Under the pieces are notes generated by a model. That model had not been told where the DNA came from, searched no databases, and worked only from the letters and a program-made list of their open reading frames with translations. From the IMG/VR virus record IMGVR_UViG_3300024346_000044, positions 1 to 64,000 of that record: a stretch of 64,000 nt of DNA. One strand, given 5' to 3'. The DNA comes from a virus. This document shows, piece by piece, positions 10,311-20,495 of this stretch (position 1 is the first letter of the stretch; each line of letters opens with the position of its first letter). The translations under genes were made by a program, and so were the position numbers.

Positions 10311-11606
10311 ATGAACAGAGAATTTTTAAAAGAGGCTATCGCCGATGCAAAAGCTGTCAAAGAATCAGCAATTGCAAATGCTAAAGTTGCTCTAGAAGAA
10401 GCTTTCACTCCCCAACTTAAATCTATGCTTGCTGCTAAGCTCGAAGAAATGGATTCTGTAGATGAAGACGACGTAAAAGAAATGCGTGGTTCATCTTATG
10501 AAGAAGACGACACAATGAGAGAAGAAATGACTGATCCAGACATGAGACATGGAGAAGACGAAGATGGCAAACCTGAAGCTGGTGCTCTTAAAGCAACAGA
10601 GAAGGATAGAGAAATAAATGAGGACGAAGAAGTTAATCTAGATGAAATTTTAGCTGAAATTGATAACGAGGTTTCAGAAGACGCCAGAACAGATGCCGAA
10701 GAAGAAGGCTATGAAGATGGTATGGAAGATGAAAAAGAAGATATGGAAGATGATGAATTAAATCTTGACGATATGTCAGATGATGATTTAAAATCATTCA
10801 TTGAAGACGTTATCGCTGATATGGTTAGTGCTGGTGAATTAGAAGCTGGTACAGAATTTGAAGCAAAAGACGAAGAAGTCGAAGTAGAAGTTGAAGACGA
10901 AATAGAAATTTCGGAAGAAATGAAAGACGAAGATAAAATGGAAGAAGCAGTAGGTAACCCTATTAGCACTTCTGTCAAAATGGGATCTAAAAATAAGTAC
11001 GATGAAGATTTCATGAAAGCTATTAAAGGTGATATTAAAAATTTATCATCAGAATTAAAAGCTTCAATGAAAAAAGCTCTTGGACTTAGTGAAGATCTTG
11101 ACGAAATCAATACTAGTGCAGGTATGAATTTAAGCTATACTAAAGGAAATAAATACGATGAAGATTTCATGAAGGCTTTTAAAGGTGATATTTCAAAACT
11201 ATCACAAGGTTTAAAAGACAAATTGAAAGGTCTCTTCAAAGAGGAAATGGAATTAGATGAAGCTTATAATACTATCAACACTTTAAGGTCTGAATTACAC
11301 GAAGTAAATTTACTTAACGCAAAACTTCTATACACAAACAAGATTTTTAAATCAAAATCATTGACTGAGAAACAAAAAGGTAAAGTTTTAGAAGCGTTTG
11401 ACAAAGCAAATGACGTCAAAGGAGTAAAATTAGTATACGAAACTCTAGATAAAAACATGAAAGTGAAATATAAGAGTTCAGTTACTGAAGGAATCGTAGG
11501 TTCCGCTTCTAAGGGCATGAGTAATGTTAAAACTATGAAAAAACAACCTATAGTTGAATCAAATGAAATGGTTTCTAGATTTCAGAAACTTGCAGGTATA
11601 AAATAA
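10311..11606 (+). CDS. prohead scaffolding/core protein (gp22-like position)
   Basis: Very acidic; KEAIADAKAVKESAIANAKVALEEAF N-terminus, EVNLLNAKLLY, ends RFQKLAGIK; directly before the MCP. Confidence 0.8.
   Translation: MNREFLKEAIADAKAVKESAIANAKVALEEAFTPQLKSMLAAKLEEMDSVDEDDVKEMRGSSYEEDDTMREEMTDPDMRHGEDEDGKPEAGALKATEKDREINEDEEVNLDEILAEIDNEVSEDARTDAEEEGYEDGMEDEKEDMEDDELNLDDMSDDDLKSFIEDVIADMVSAGELEAGTEFEAKDEEVEVEVEDEIEISEEMKDEDKMEEAVGNPISTSVKMGSKNKYDEDFMKAIKGDIKNLSSELKASMKKALGLSEDLDEINTSAGMNLSYTKGNKYDEDFMKAFKGDISKLSQGLKDKLKGLFKEEMELDEAYNTINTLRSELHEVNLLNAKLLYTNKIFKSKSLTEKQKGKVLEAFDKANDVKGVKLVYETLDKNMKVKYKSSVTEGIVGSASKGMSNVKTMKKQPIVESNEMVSRFQKLAGIK
10991..11192 (+). repeat. internal 46 bp duplication in scaffold gene (period 156 nt)
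   Basis: NKYDEDFMKA(I/F)KGDI encoded at 10991-11036 and 11147-11192. Confidence 0.8.
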
Positions 11607-11634
11607 ATTATAAATTAAAATTAAAACTTAAAAA

Positions 11635-13284
11635 ATGAGTCAATTAAACTCCCTTTTAGAAAGTGCTAATCCTTATAAGTCGCTACAAAGTGATGCGGCT
11701 AGATTAGCAAACAAGTGGGATAAGACAGGATTGTTAGAAGGTATCGGAAATGAAACCAACAAAAACAATATGTCTATGATCCTAGAAAACCAAGCTAAGC
11801 AATTAGTTATGGAAGAAAGTAGCACAGGTGGTGGCGCTGGTGCTGGTACATTTACTCCTGGAACAGGAGCACAATGGGCTGGTGTAGCTTTACCATTGGT
11901 AAGAAAAGTATTTGGACAAATAGCAGCAAAGGAATTTGTTTCTGTTCAACCAATGAACTTACCTTCTGGTCTAGTATTTTTCCTAGATTTCCAATATGGT
12001 ACTACAAAAACTCCATTTGCTGATGGTTCATCTTTATACGGTGATCCAAGTCAAACTCCTCCAGGATTTGGTAACACAAATACAGGTGGTCTTTATGGTG
12101 CTGGTAGATTTGGTTATTCAATCAACAACACATCTTCAGTAATAGCAGCTGGAAACATGGCAACATCTTCCGCTAACTTTTACTCAGATTTAGATGCTGA
12201 TAGTGATTTTTTAACAAGAATCTCTGGTTCAGGTGCTACTCAAGTACAAGTATGTACAATACAAAAAGCAGCTTTAGGTGCAAATGCTGATTATGAAGCT
12301 ATTCAAGGATTTTACCTTTCAGGTTCAAATGGTCCAACAGTAGCTCAACAATTCCCACAGTTTACTAAACAAACTGCTACAACTATTGACTTTATCGTTA
12401 CTAGTGGATCTATTGATCCAGCAGGTGCTGCAGGTGTTGCTTCATTAATATATACATTACAACCAACTGATGCTGATAGAGGTGATTTTGAAGAAGGTAA
12501 TAACAACCTAAACAATAACAACAACCCAATCACTATCCCAGAAGTAAATGTACAAATGAGAAGTGAAGCTATCGTAGCTAAAACTAGAAAATTAAAAGCT
12601 GTTTGGACTCCTGAGTTTGCTCAAGATTTAAATGCTTACCATTCTCTAGATGCAGAAGCAGAATTAACATCAATTATGAGTGAATACATTTCATTAGAAA
12701 TTGATCTAGAAATTTTAGCAATGCTATTAGATGCTGCTCCAACTACAGAGTACTGGAGTGCTAATAATAACGAAGCTATTTCTGCAACAGGTGTAGTACA
12801 AGCTGATTTAGGATTCTATAACTCTCAAGGTCAGTGGTTCCAAACTTTAGGAACTAAAATGCAAAAACTATCTAACGAGATTCACCAGAAAACTTTAAGA
12901 GGTGGTGCTAACTTTATGGTAATTTCTCCAAAAGTAGCAACTATTCTTGAATCAATCCCAGGATTTGCTTCAAATTCTGATGGTGATGCTGCTAAGATGA
13001 AGTATGCGTTTGGTGTTCAGAAAGCTGGACAAATGAACAGTAGATATGATGTATACAAAAACCCTTATATGACAGAGAATACAATTCTTATGGGATATAG
13101 AGGTGGACAATTCTTGGAAGCTGGTGCAGTATTTGCTCCATACATTCCATTAATTATGACTCCAATGGTATACGATCCAGATACGTTTACACCAAGAAAA
13201 GGTCTATTAACTAGATATGCTAAGAAAGTAGTAAGACCAGAATTTTACGGAAAAATCCAAATAGGTGGATTAAACACTCTATAA
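11635..13284 (+). CDS. major capsid protein (T4 gp23-like)
   Basis: LPLVRKVF, VSVQPMNLPSGLVF, AKTRKLKAVWTPEFAQDLNAYH, APYIPL, FTPRKGLLTRY. Confidence 0.97.
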   Translation: MSQLNSLLESANPYKSLQSDAARLANKWDKTGLLEGIGNETNKNNMSMILENQAKQLVMEESSTGGGAGAGTFTPGTGAQWAGVALPLVRKVFGQIAAKEFVSVQPMNLPSGLVFFLDFQYGTTKTPFADGSSLYGDPSQTPPGFGNTNTGGLYGAGRFGYSINNTSSVIAAGNMATSSANFYSDLDADSDFLTRISGSGATQVQVCTIQKAALGANADYEAIQGFYLSGSNGPTVAQQFPQFTKQTATTIDFIVTSGSIDPAGAAGVASLIYTLQPTDADRGDFEEGNNNLNNNNNPITIPEVNVQMRSEAIVAKTRKLKAVWTPEFAQDLNAYHSLDAEAELTSIMSEYISLEIDLEILAMLLDAAPTTEYWSANNNEAISATGVVQADLGFYNSQGQWFQTLGTKMQKLSNEIHQKTLRGGANFMVISPKVATILESIPGFASNSDGDAAKMKYAFGVQKAGQMNSRYDVYKNPYMTENTILMGYRGGQFLEAGAVFAPYIPLIMTPMVYDPDTFTPRKGLLTRYAKKVVRPEFYGKIQIGGLNTL

Positions 13285-13310
13285 GAGTAACTGTATAATT
13301 TTTAATAAAG

Positions 13311-13338
13311 AGAGGCGCTATTTGCGCCTCTTTTTTTT
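13311..13338 (+). terminator. rho-independent terminator after MCP
   Basis: agaggcgc-tattt-gcgcctct hairpin followed by a T run. Confidence 0.85.
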
Positions 13339-13378
13339 CCTTAAATATTTATAATCAATAAACAGTTTTTACAAATAT

Positions 13379-14107
13379 ATGGCATCAAAACCCCACACAG
13401 ATGAGATTTATAAGGAAAAAAGAATTCCTAAAAATCCAATTAAGTTTAAACTTCAACTAAATGAAGAACAAAAACTAGCAAAAGAAAAAATATTAAATAA
13501 TACTATTACTTTACTTGCTGGATCAGCGGGTTCAGGTAAAACGTTATTATCATGTCAAATAGCGTTAGATGGTCTATTTAGGAGAATTTATGATAAGGTA
13601 ATAATAACACGTCCAACAGTATCAAAAGAAGAAATTGGTTTTTTACCTGGTGATTTAAGAGAAAAAATGGATCCTTGGGTTCAACCTATCTACCAAAATA
13701 TGTTTTTACTTTATGATAAAGTTAAAGTAGAAAAATTCATTGAAGAAAGAAAAATATAAATTATACCTGTATCATTTATGAGAGGTAGAACATTTGTAGA
13801 TTCATGCATTATAGTAGATGAAGCACAAAACGTTACTCATGAACAAATGGAAATGATTATAACTAGAATAGGTAAAAGAAGTAAAATGATTATATGTGGA
13901 GATGACCACCAAGTTGATTTAAAAAATAAAGCAGATTCTGGATTTAGATTTATATATAAAGCAGCTTGCAAAATAAAAAAACTAGAATCTATTAAATTAC
14001 TTGAAAATCATAGAGATCCTATTGTAGAAGATTTAATTGAATATTATGAAGAAAAAATATTAGGTGGAATAAAATTAAAAACTTCCGGCTCTAAGGGAAG
14101 GAAGTAA
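13379..14107 (+). pseudogene. phoH: PhoH-family ATPase interrupted by an in-frame TAA at 13757-13759
   Basis: GSAGSGKT, ITRP, IGFLPGDLREKM, then KI*IIPVSFMRGRT, IVDEAQN, TRIG, GDDHQVD, HRDPIV; both ORF halves are in the same frame. Confidence 0.85.
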
Positions 14108-14138
14108 TAATTTCCGCATATTTATAATAAAAATAAGT

Positions 14139-14588
14139 ATGGCATCAACACTTACACCAACTACATTCAAAGTTAAAATTAAAGAAGAGCACGTAGTTCG
14201 AAATATCAGCACACTATATGAAAATATAGTTGAAATTAAAAATGTTACTAACGTTGATAGAAGAATAGTTACTATTCCACATACATCATCAGTTGATTTA
14301 ATTAACATAAATGGTGTAGTACCAGGAGCAGGTACTTTTCCATCAAGTAGTATTCAATATGCAAGAATTACTAATTTAGATAATTCAAGTTCTCTAGCAG
14401 TTACATTTAGTAGCTCAAGAGATGAATATTGGTCACAAAAATTAAACCCAACCACATCTTTAGTGTGGTCAGGAGCAGAAGTAAGTGGTAGTTCATTTAA
14501 TGGTACACTTTCTTCAGATTTAACATCAATAAAAGTCTATCCAATGAGTAGCAGTATAGATGTTGAATACGTAATTGTAAACGCTTAA
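14139..14588 (+). CDS. Ser/Thr-rich virion protein (149 aa)
   Basis: Own late motif at 14118-14127; beta-rich; precedes neck genes. Confidence 0.6.
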   Translation: MASTLTPTTFKVKIKEEHVVRNISTLYENIVEIKNVTNVDRRIVTIPHTSSVDLININGVVPGAGTFPSSSIQYARITNLDNSSSLAVTFSSSRDEYWSQKLNPTTSLVWSGAEVSGSSFNGTLSSDLTSIKVYPMSSSIDVEYVIVNA

Positions 14589-14599
14589 CAAAAAAAACA

Positions 14600-15760
14600 A
14601 TGGCAAACATTCCAATATGGCCCGGATCTAGTTCATTTCACCCAGGAGATACACCTTTTGGTTTTTATGATACAGACATAGAATTTCAAACAGATGCAAA
14701 TAAAGTATCAGTTTTCTCAGCAAGAAGGCTAGGATATCCTATTGTAGATGTTGAATTACAAGATTTAAACTTTTTTGCTGCTTTTGAAGAAGCAGTTACA
14801 GTATACGGTAATGAAGTATATGCATATAAAATTAGAGAAAACTATTTATCCCTAGATGGGGCGGATGATACAATAGATATTAATAATTCAATAGTAACTC
14901 CTAGTTTAGCTAGAGTAATAGAATTATCAGAACAATATGGTACTGAAGCAGGAACAGGTGGTAATGTAGATTGGAAACAAGGAGCAATTCGTTTAGAAAC
15001 AGGTAAACAAGAATATGATTTAGATGCTTGGGCTGTAGAAAATGGATATTTAAAGGGTGATTTAGAAATTAAAAAAGTATTTTTTGAAGGTGATCCTGCT
15101 ATTATAAAATTTTTTGATCCATATGTAGGATCAGGAGCAGGCATTATGAATGTAATGGATAGTTTTGGGTGGGGTAATTATTCTCCTGCTATTAACTTTG
15201 TATTAATGCCTATAAATTACGATTTACAAGTAATACAACAGATAGAATTAAATGATATGATTAGAAGATCTAATTTTTCATTTGAAATTCACAATAATAA
15301 ATTAAGAATATTCCCTATACCAACAGCAAACAGCACAGTATACGCTCCTAATTTATATTTTGATTTTTTACTTAAATCAGAAAGAATAGCAAATTCTATT
15401 AAAGATCTTCCTGGCAAGATAAATGATATAAGTAGAGTCCCTTATGTTAACCCAACATATACTAAGATAAATTCAGTAGGTAGAAGTTGGATATTTGAGT
15501 ATACATTAGCATTATGTAAAGAAATGTTAGGTTATATTAGAGGTAAATACGATACAGTACCAATACCAGGTTCTGAAGTTCAATTAAATGAAGCTGATTT
15601 AATAACAGCTGCTACAACAGAAAAACAAGCATTAATAGATAGATTAAGAGCATACTTAGATGAAACTTCAAGAGAAAAATTACTCGAAAGAAGATCACTA
15701 GAAACAAATTTTAGGAAAATAGAACTTGAAGAAGTTCCTAATGTAATTTACATAGGTTAA
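14600..15760 (+). CDS. neck/head-tail adaptor (T4 gp13-like)
   Basis: RRLGYPIVDVEL, WIFEYTLALCKEMLGYIRGKY, ends IYIG. Confidence 0.85.
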   Translation: MANIPIWPGSSSFHPGDTPFGFYDTDIEFQTDANKVSVFSARRLGYPIVDVELQDLNFFAAFEEAVTVYGNEVYAYKIRENYLSLDGADDTIDINNSIVTPSLARVIELSEQYGTEAGTGGNVDWKQGAIRLETGKQEYDLDAWAVENGYLKGDLEIKKVFFEGDPAIIKFFDPYVGSGAGIMNVMDSFGWGNYSPAINFVLMPINYDLQVIQQIELNDMIRRSNFSFEIHNNKLRIFPIPTANSTVYAPNLYFDFLLKSERIANSIKDLPGKINDISRVPYVNPTYTKINSVGRSWIFEYTLALCKEMLGYIRGKYDTVPIPGSEVQLNEADLITAATTEKQALIDRLRAYLDETSREKLLERRSLETNFRKIELEEVPNVIYIG

Positions 15761-15761
15761 T

Positions 15762-16325
15762 ATGGCATTATACGGTGGACAAAGAGATATAAGCCTATTT
15801 AGGCATATAAATAGGGAATTAATGGGTAATATCATTACTCAACAATGTGCATTCTACAAATATAAAGTAGAAGAAACAAATGTTAACATTTATGGTGAAT
15901 CCGCACAAGAAAAATACTATATGGGTCCTGTTTTATTAAATTGTATAATAGAAAGACGAGACCAACAATACCCAGAAACTGATTTAGGTACTGATTTTAG
16001 TTGGGGAGCTACGTTTAAATTTTTAAGAGATGATTTATTAGAAGCATCAAAAGATTTTAATAAAAACTTTGATAAAGGTGACCATAATTATGGAGCTAAT
16101 TTAGTCCCTGAAGTAGGTGATATTATTTTATACCAAGAAGGATATTATGAAGTAGATACAATAGTATCAAACCAATATTTTACAGGTAAAAACCCAGATT
16201 ACCCTAATGAACCTGGAAATTTTAATCCAGGATTAGAAAATTTTGGAAGTAGTATTTCAATTATTTGTGAAACTCATTATGTACCCGCTGATAAAGTAGG
16301 TATTACTAGAGAAAGATATATATAA
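15762..16325 (+). CDS. head closure/neck protein (gp14-like)
   Basis: NIYGES and PEVGDII motifs; synteny after gp13. Confidence 0.7.
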   Translation: MALYGGQRDISLFRHINRELMGNIITQQCAFYKYKVEETNVNIYGESAQEKYYMGPVLLNCIIERRDQQYPETDLGTDFSWGATFKFLRDDLLEASKDFNKNFDKGDHNYGANLVPEVGDIILYQEGYYEVDTIVSNQYFTGKNPDYPNEPGNFNPGLENFGSSISIICETHYVPADKVGITRERYI

Positions 16326-17251
16326 TGACAGAAAAAGGAAGAAAACCAATACCAAAAACTCAAAGACAATTAAGTCTTTCACAACAAACTCCATATGTTC
16401 CTCCTTTAGGCGCACCTGGTTTTTCCCCTACTGGTAACCCTAATAGTGAAGTTCCTTTTAATGAAAATAGAGGTGCTCAAATATCATATAAAGGAGATAA
16501 TACAAAACCCTTAACATTAGGTTTTAAAGAAATTGATGAAGCTATATTTTATTATTTTGATAATGTTATTAAACCTTCAGTACTACAGAATGGGTCAAGG
16601 TTAAATGTCCCTGTTATATATGGTAATCCTGAAAGATGGAAACAAATCCAAAAAGATGGATTTTATAGAGATCTAAAAGGTAAAATTATGATGCCTATTA
16701 TTGTCTTTAAAAGAAATAATTTTGAAAAATTAAGGAATTTATCAATTAAATTAGATTCTAATAACCCAAACAACATTCATGTTTTTGAAAAACCATATAG
16801 TGTTAAAGATGCTTACAGTAATTTTAATCTATTAAATAATAGAACACCACTCAAAGAATATTATGCGGTTATTATGCCAGATTACGTGAAAATAACGTAT
16901 GACTTTGTAGTTTCAACGTACTACGTGGAACAACTAAACACGTTGATTGAAAATATTCAATACGCGTCTGATTCATATTGGGGAAACCCAGAAAGGTTTA
17001 AATTTAAAGCAATAATTAATAGCTTTGCTACACCTGTAGAAATAGTCCAAGGTGGAGAAAGAACAGTAAAAGCTACATTTCAATTAGATTTATATGGGTA
17101 TTTAATTCCACAAAATATACAAAAAAGTATGACATCTATTTCAAAATACAGTAGTAAATCAGTAGTAAATATTAATAATGAAGTAGTTACTAGTCTATCA
17201 ACAACCCCTCCTATTCCTAGAAATACAATAGAGCCAAATAATAATGATTGA
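16325..17251 (+). CDS. tail terminator/sheath stabiliser (gp15-like)
   Basis: VPVIYGNPERW, MPIIVFKR, PDYVKITYDF, QLNTLIE. Confidence 0.75.
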   Translation: MTEKGRKPIPKTQRQLSLSQQTPYVPPLGAPGFSPTGNPNSEVPFNENRGAQISYKGDNTKPLTLGFKEIDEAIFYYFDNVIKPSVLQNGSRLNVPVIYGNPERWKQIQKDGFYRDLKGKIMMPIIVFKRNNFEKLRNLSIKLDSNNPNNIHVFEKPYSVKDAYSNFNLLNNRTPLKEYYAVIMPDYVKITYDFVVSTYYVEQLNTLIENIQYASDSYWGNPERFKFKAIINSFATPVEIVQGGERTVKATFQLDLYGYLIPQNIQKSMTSISKYSSKSVVNINNEVVTSLSTTPPIPRNTIEPNNND

Positions 17252-17294
17252 ATACATACGAAAACTAACTAAATAATATTTATAATAAAAGCGT

Positions 17295-18848
17295 ATGTCT
17301 ATTATTCTTAGAAATATAAAGGGATCTGAATTAACATTTACTGAAGTTGATGGGAATTTTTCTTCATTATTTTACTCTAGTTCATTAGATGGTAATACTT
17401 TAAAATTACATTATTACCCTAATACTTCTCAATCAATAGACTTATCAGCATTATCCCCTAATGCATTCTCAGGTTCTTTATTAATAACTGCATCTGCGGC
17501 TGATAACACAGTAACCTTTACTAAAGGAGATGGTTCTACATTTCCTGTTATAGTACAAACTGGATCAATAGCAAACACACTAACAACAGCATCAATATCA
17601 TCAAATGTAATAACATTTACAAAAGCAGATGGTGATCAATTTGCAATAACAGTAAATACAGGTTCGGTAAGTGGTGATATATTTGCCCAAACAGGTTCAT
17701 TTTATGCTACAACAAACGATTTACAAATATCAGGTTCACTTACAGTAACAGGTTCGTCTATAACATTTGATACTAAAAATGCATCTTATGGTTCTACTAG
17801 ATTTTCAGGTAGTGTACGTTTTCGTGATGATGTAATAGTTGGAGATGATTTAGATGTAAAAGACGAAACAACCTTAGATAAACAAGTAGCAATTGGATAT
17901 CGAGGAAATGAAAACTTATTTAACGGGTATACTTTATCGGTATCCCAATCCACAGATAAAGGTGCAGTCTTAGTTGAAGGTGCAGCATTCATATCAGGTT
18001 CACTTACAATTACTGGTAGTAATACAATAGTAGGTAATATAACAGCATCTAACAATATAAGTTCAAGTGGGTATATTTCAGCATCATCCTTTAATGCTGC
18101 CCCAAATACAATAAATGAATTAACAGCTTCATATGCGATAACCTCATCCCATGCTTTAAATACATCTACTTATGATTATTTAGCAATTGGAACTATTCCT
18201 AGTGCTACAGTAAATGCTCCACCTATGGGTGAAAATTACATCTCAGCTTTAGGTGTAGCAACTACAGGTGGATCTGGAACAGGTATGACAGTTGACACAG
18301 TAGTGGAAGGAGGAGGAGTTCTAACAGTTACAATAAATAACCCAGGTACTGGATATGTAATAGGTGATAACAATATAGTAATAAGTGGTGGTAATGGTGC
18401 TGCTGTAATAACATTAAGTGGAACTATTAGTGAAACAAATCCTAGTCTAAGACTTATTGACAACACTTTTACTTTTGACGATGTAAAACTAACTGGAGGT
18501 ACAAATGTTACTATAACAAGAACAAGTGATACTGGTATAACATTTGATGCTGCATCAACAGCAACCCCCGGGGGTTTAACAACACAAATACAATTTAACG
18601 ATGCTGGAAGTTTTAATGGAGACCCAAGACTAATATTTAAAAAATCAACAGGGTTAATTCAATTAAGTGGAAGTTTAGAAATAACTGGTTCTTCTGATTC
18701 AAATTCTTTTTTAATAAAAAGTGCTAGCTTAGAAACATTTAAAATAAATGATAAAGGAGTAGCAGTATTTGGTGATTTACCTTATACCCCATCTGCAATA
18801 GAAGGAGGACTAATATTTTCAGGCTCAAACTTTTGGGTAGGATTATAA
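17295..18848 (+). CDS. tail fibre/appendage protein (517 aa)
   Basis: LRNIKGSELTFTEVDGNF fibre-type N-terminus, GGLTTQIQFND repeat, TGGSGTG/INNPGTGY motif; late motif 17276. Confidence 0.7.
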   Translation: MSIILRNIKGSELTFTEVDGNFSSLFYSSSLDGNTLKLHYYPNTSQSIDLSALSPNAFSGSLLITASAADNTVTFTKGDGSTFPVIVQTGSIANTLTTASISSNVITFTKADGDQFAITVNTGSVSGDIFAQTGSFYATTNDLQISGSLTVTGSSITFDTKNASYGSTRFSGSVRFRDDVIVGDDLDVKDETTLDKQVAIGYRGNENLFNGYTLSVSQSTDKGAVLVEGAAFISGSLTITGSNTIVGNITASNNISSSGYISASSFNAAPNTINELTASYAITSSHALNTSTYDYLAIGTIPSATVNAPPMGENYISALGVATTGGSGTGMTVDTVVEGGGVLTVTINNPGTGYVIGDNNIVISGGNGAAVITLSGTISETNPSLRLIDNTFTFDDVKLTGGTNVTITRTSDTGITFDAASTATPGGLTTQIQFNDAGSFNGDPRLIFKKSTGLIQLSGSLEITGSSDSNSFLIKSASLETFKINDKGVAVFGDLPYTPSAIEGGLIFSGSNFWVGL

Positions 18849-18888
18849 AAAAACATATATGTATAACAAAAATATTAAATAAAATAAA

Positions 18889-19995
18889 ATGGCAAATTGG
18901 AAAAAAGTCTTAGTCTCAGGAAGTAGTATTGAGGTCGCAAGCATAACAGCATCCGTTGTTCCTACAAATAGTAGCACATCATTAAGAACTTTAATGGTTG
19001 ATCCTGCAACAGGTCACATCTTTAGAACAGGTTCTTATGGTGGTGGTGGAGGTGGAGGTTCATTAGAACCTTTAACTGACGGAAATGGTATTGTTGATTT
19101 TAGCTATGATGGTGGAACTGCAAGAACTGTTGCTGTTGAAGCAGATGGTGCTACATTAACAGTAGGATCAGGAGGAGTTAAAGTAACAGATTTAGGTATT
19201 GGTACAGGCCAGTTAGCCACAGATGCAGTAACAACAGTAAAAATAACTGATTTAAATGTAACAACAGGTAAACTTGCAGATGATGCAGTTACAACAGCTA
19301 AAATTGCTCCAAATTTAGGTACGTTTACAGGACATTCTTTTACAGGTTCATTCACAGGTTCATTTGCAGGTGATGGGTCAGGTTTAACAGGTATAACAGG
19401 TGCTACAACAACAGCAGCATTAACACAAGGAACAGGTGTTACCTCATTTAGTTTCAATGGTTCTTCAGCAGCTACAGTTTCAGTAGCAGGAGCAAGTGCT
19501 TTAACAGATGCAACATTAGTTAAATGGAATGACAGTGCAGGTACATTTGTAGATTCTAAAATCATAGAAGGTACTAATCTTATTACTATTGGAGCAGGTA
19601 CAGATGAAGTAAAAATACCAGGTGATTTAAGAGTACAAGGTACAGCTTCATTTCAAAATTCAACAACATTATTAGTTGAAGATAGATATATTTTAGTCAA
19701 CTCAGGTTCAACTTCAGGTAATCAAGGTGGTATTGTAATTCAAACAGAAAATACACAAAATGTAGGTCAATTATTTGGTTACAATGGTTCTACTAGTAGA
19801 TGGGCTATTAAATCAGCATTTGATGCAGAATCAACTACAGACTTTAATCCTCAAGCTTATATGGGATTAACTTCGGGTTCAGCAATAACAAATCCTAATG
19901 CTGCAGGTGCAAGTGGTGTAAATGAAACTATAATAAAACAATCAGGTAATATCTATGTTAATAATACTTTAGAAGAAATTTGGATTTACTCATAA
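18889..19995 (+). CDS. tail fibre-like protein (368 aa)
   Basis: MANWKKVLVSGS N-terminus shared with the 2020 aa fibre; AVTTxKI repeats; LLVEDRYI; late motif 18857. Confidence 0.7.
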   Translation: MANWKKVLVSGSSIEVASITASVVPTNSSTSLRTLMVDPATGHIFRTGSYGGGGGGGSLEPLTDGNGIVDFSYDGGTARTVAVEADGATLTVGSGGVKVTDLGIGTGQLATDAVTTVKITDLNVTTGKLADDAVTTAKIAPNLGTFTGHSFTGSFTGSFAGDGSGLTGITGATTTAALTQGTGVTSFSFNGSSAATVSVAGASALTDATLVKWNDSAGTFVDSKIIEGTNLITIGAGTDEVKIPGDLRVQGTASFQNSTTLLVEDRYILVNSGSTSGNQGGIVIQTENTQNVGQLFGYNGSTSRWAIKSAFDAESTTDFNPQAYMGLTSGSAITNPNAAGASGVNETIIKQSGNIYVNNTLEEIWIYS

Positions 19996-20046
19996 TTTTT
20001 ATTATATTCATTGTCAATAGTATCAAAAATTAAAAAAGTTATAAAA

Positions 20047-20220
20047 ATGGGATTGAAAGATAGGATTAGTCTCCAAAAACCAAAACAGGAATCAAATAAA
20101 CTTACTAAAAAAGAATTAGAAGTATTATTAAATATGGTAAAAAACAGCACCTTTAAAGGAGCTGATATAGAACCTATTTATAATTTAGTAATAAAACTCC
20201 AAGATCAATATACTAATTAA
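20047..20220 (+). CDS. small protein, possible fibre assembly chaperone
   Basis: LTKKELEVLL..FKGADIE..YNLVIKLQ; ATG 20047 preferred to TTG 20011. Confidence 0.55.
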   Translation: MGLKDRISLQKPKQESNKLTKKELEVLLNMVKNSTFKGADIEPIYNLVIKLQDQYTN

Positions 20221-20234
20221 AATTAATAATAGTT

Positions 20235-20417
20235 ATGTTTAATTTAACAGAATTATCTGTCCTAAGATCAGGATTAGAAACAGTAACCATATTAGGTAAA
20301 GAAGCTAGATTATTAGTTGCACTACAGGATAAAGTAGAAATGCATATAAATAAACTTCAACAAGGACCTCCCCAAGAAAACACTAAACTTTCTAAAGGAC
20401 GTAAAATCTCTAAGTAG
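20235..20417 (+). CDS. small protein, possible paralog of the preceding ORF
   Basis: FNLTELSVLRSGLETVTILGKEARLLVALQ resembles the preceding ORF's pattern. Confidence 0.55.
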   Translation: MFNLTELSVLRSGLETVTILGKEARLLVALQDKVEMHINKLQQGPPQENTKLSKGRKISK

Positions 20418-20436
20418 AGGTTGATATTTATCATAA

Positions 20437-20484
20437 ATTGTTGGCCCCCGGGAAGTGGACTCATATTGAGTAACCAACCACAAT
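20437..20484 (+). promoter_or_regulatory. GC-rich structured 5'-UTR element (candidate three-way junction RNA)
   Basis: attgt.gg/cc.acaat closing stem, short cc/gg hairpin, tgg-actca-tat-tgagt-aa-cca stem; lies between late motif 20424 and ATG 20496. Confidence 0.4.
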
Positions 20485-20495
20485 AAAATAATATT

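Noticed and set aside
12499-12525. AAC/AAT microsatellite in the MCP (NNNLNNNNN)
   Set aside because: In-frame low-complexity loop with mixed codons; no sign of phase variation
13757-13759. Stop-codon reassignment (TAA read as sense) suggested by the split phoH
   Set aside because: TAA is the dominant true stop in the window, TAG and TGA also terminate conserved genes, and no suppressor tRNA is seen
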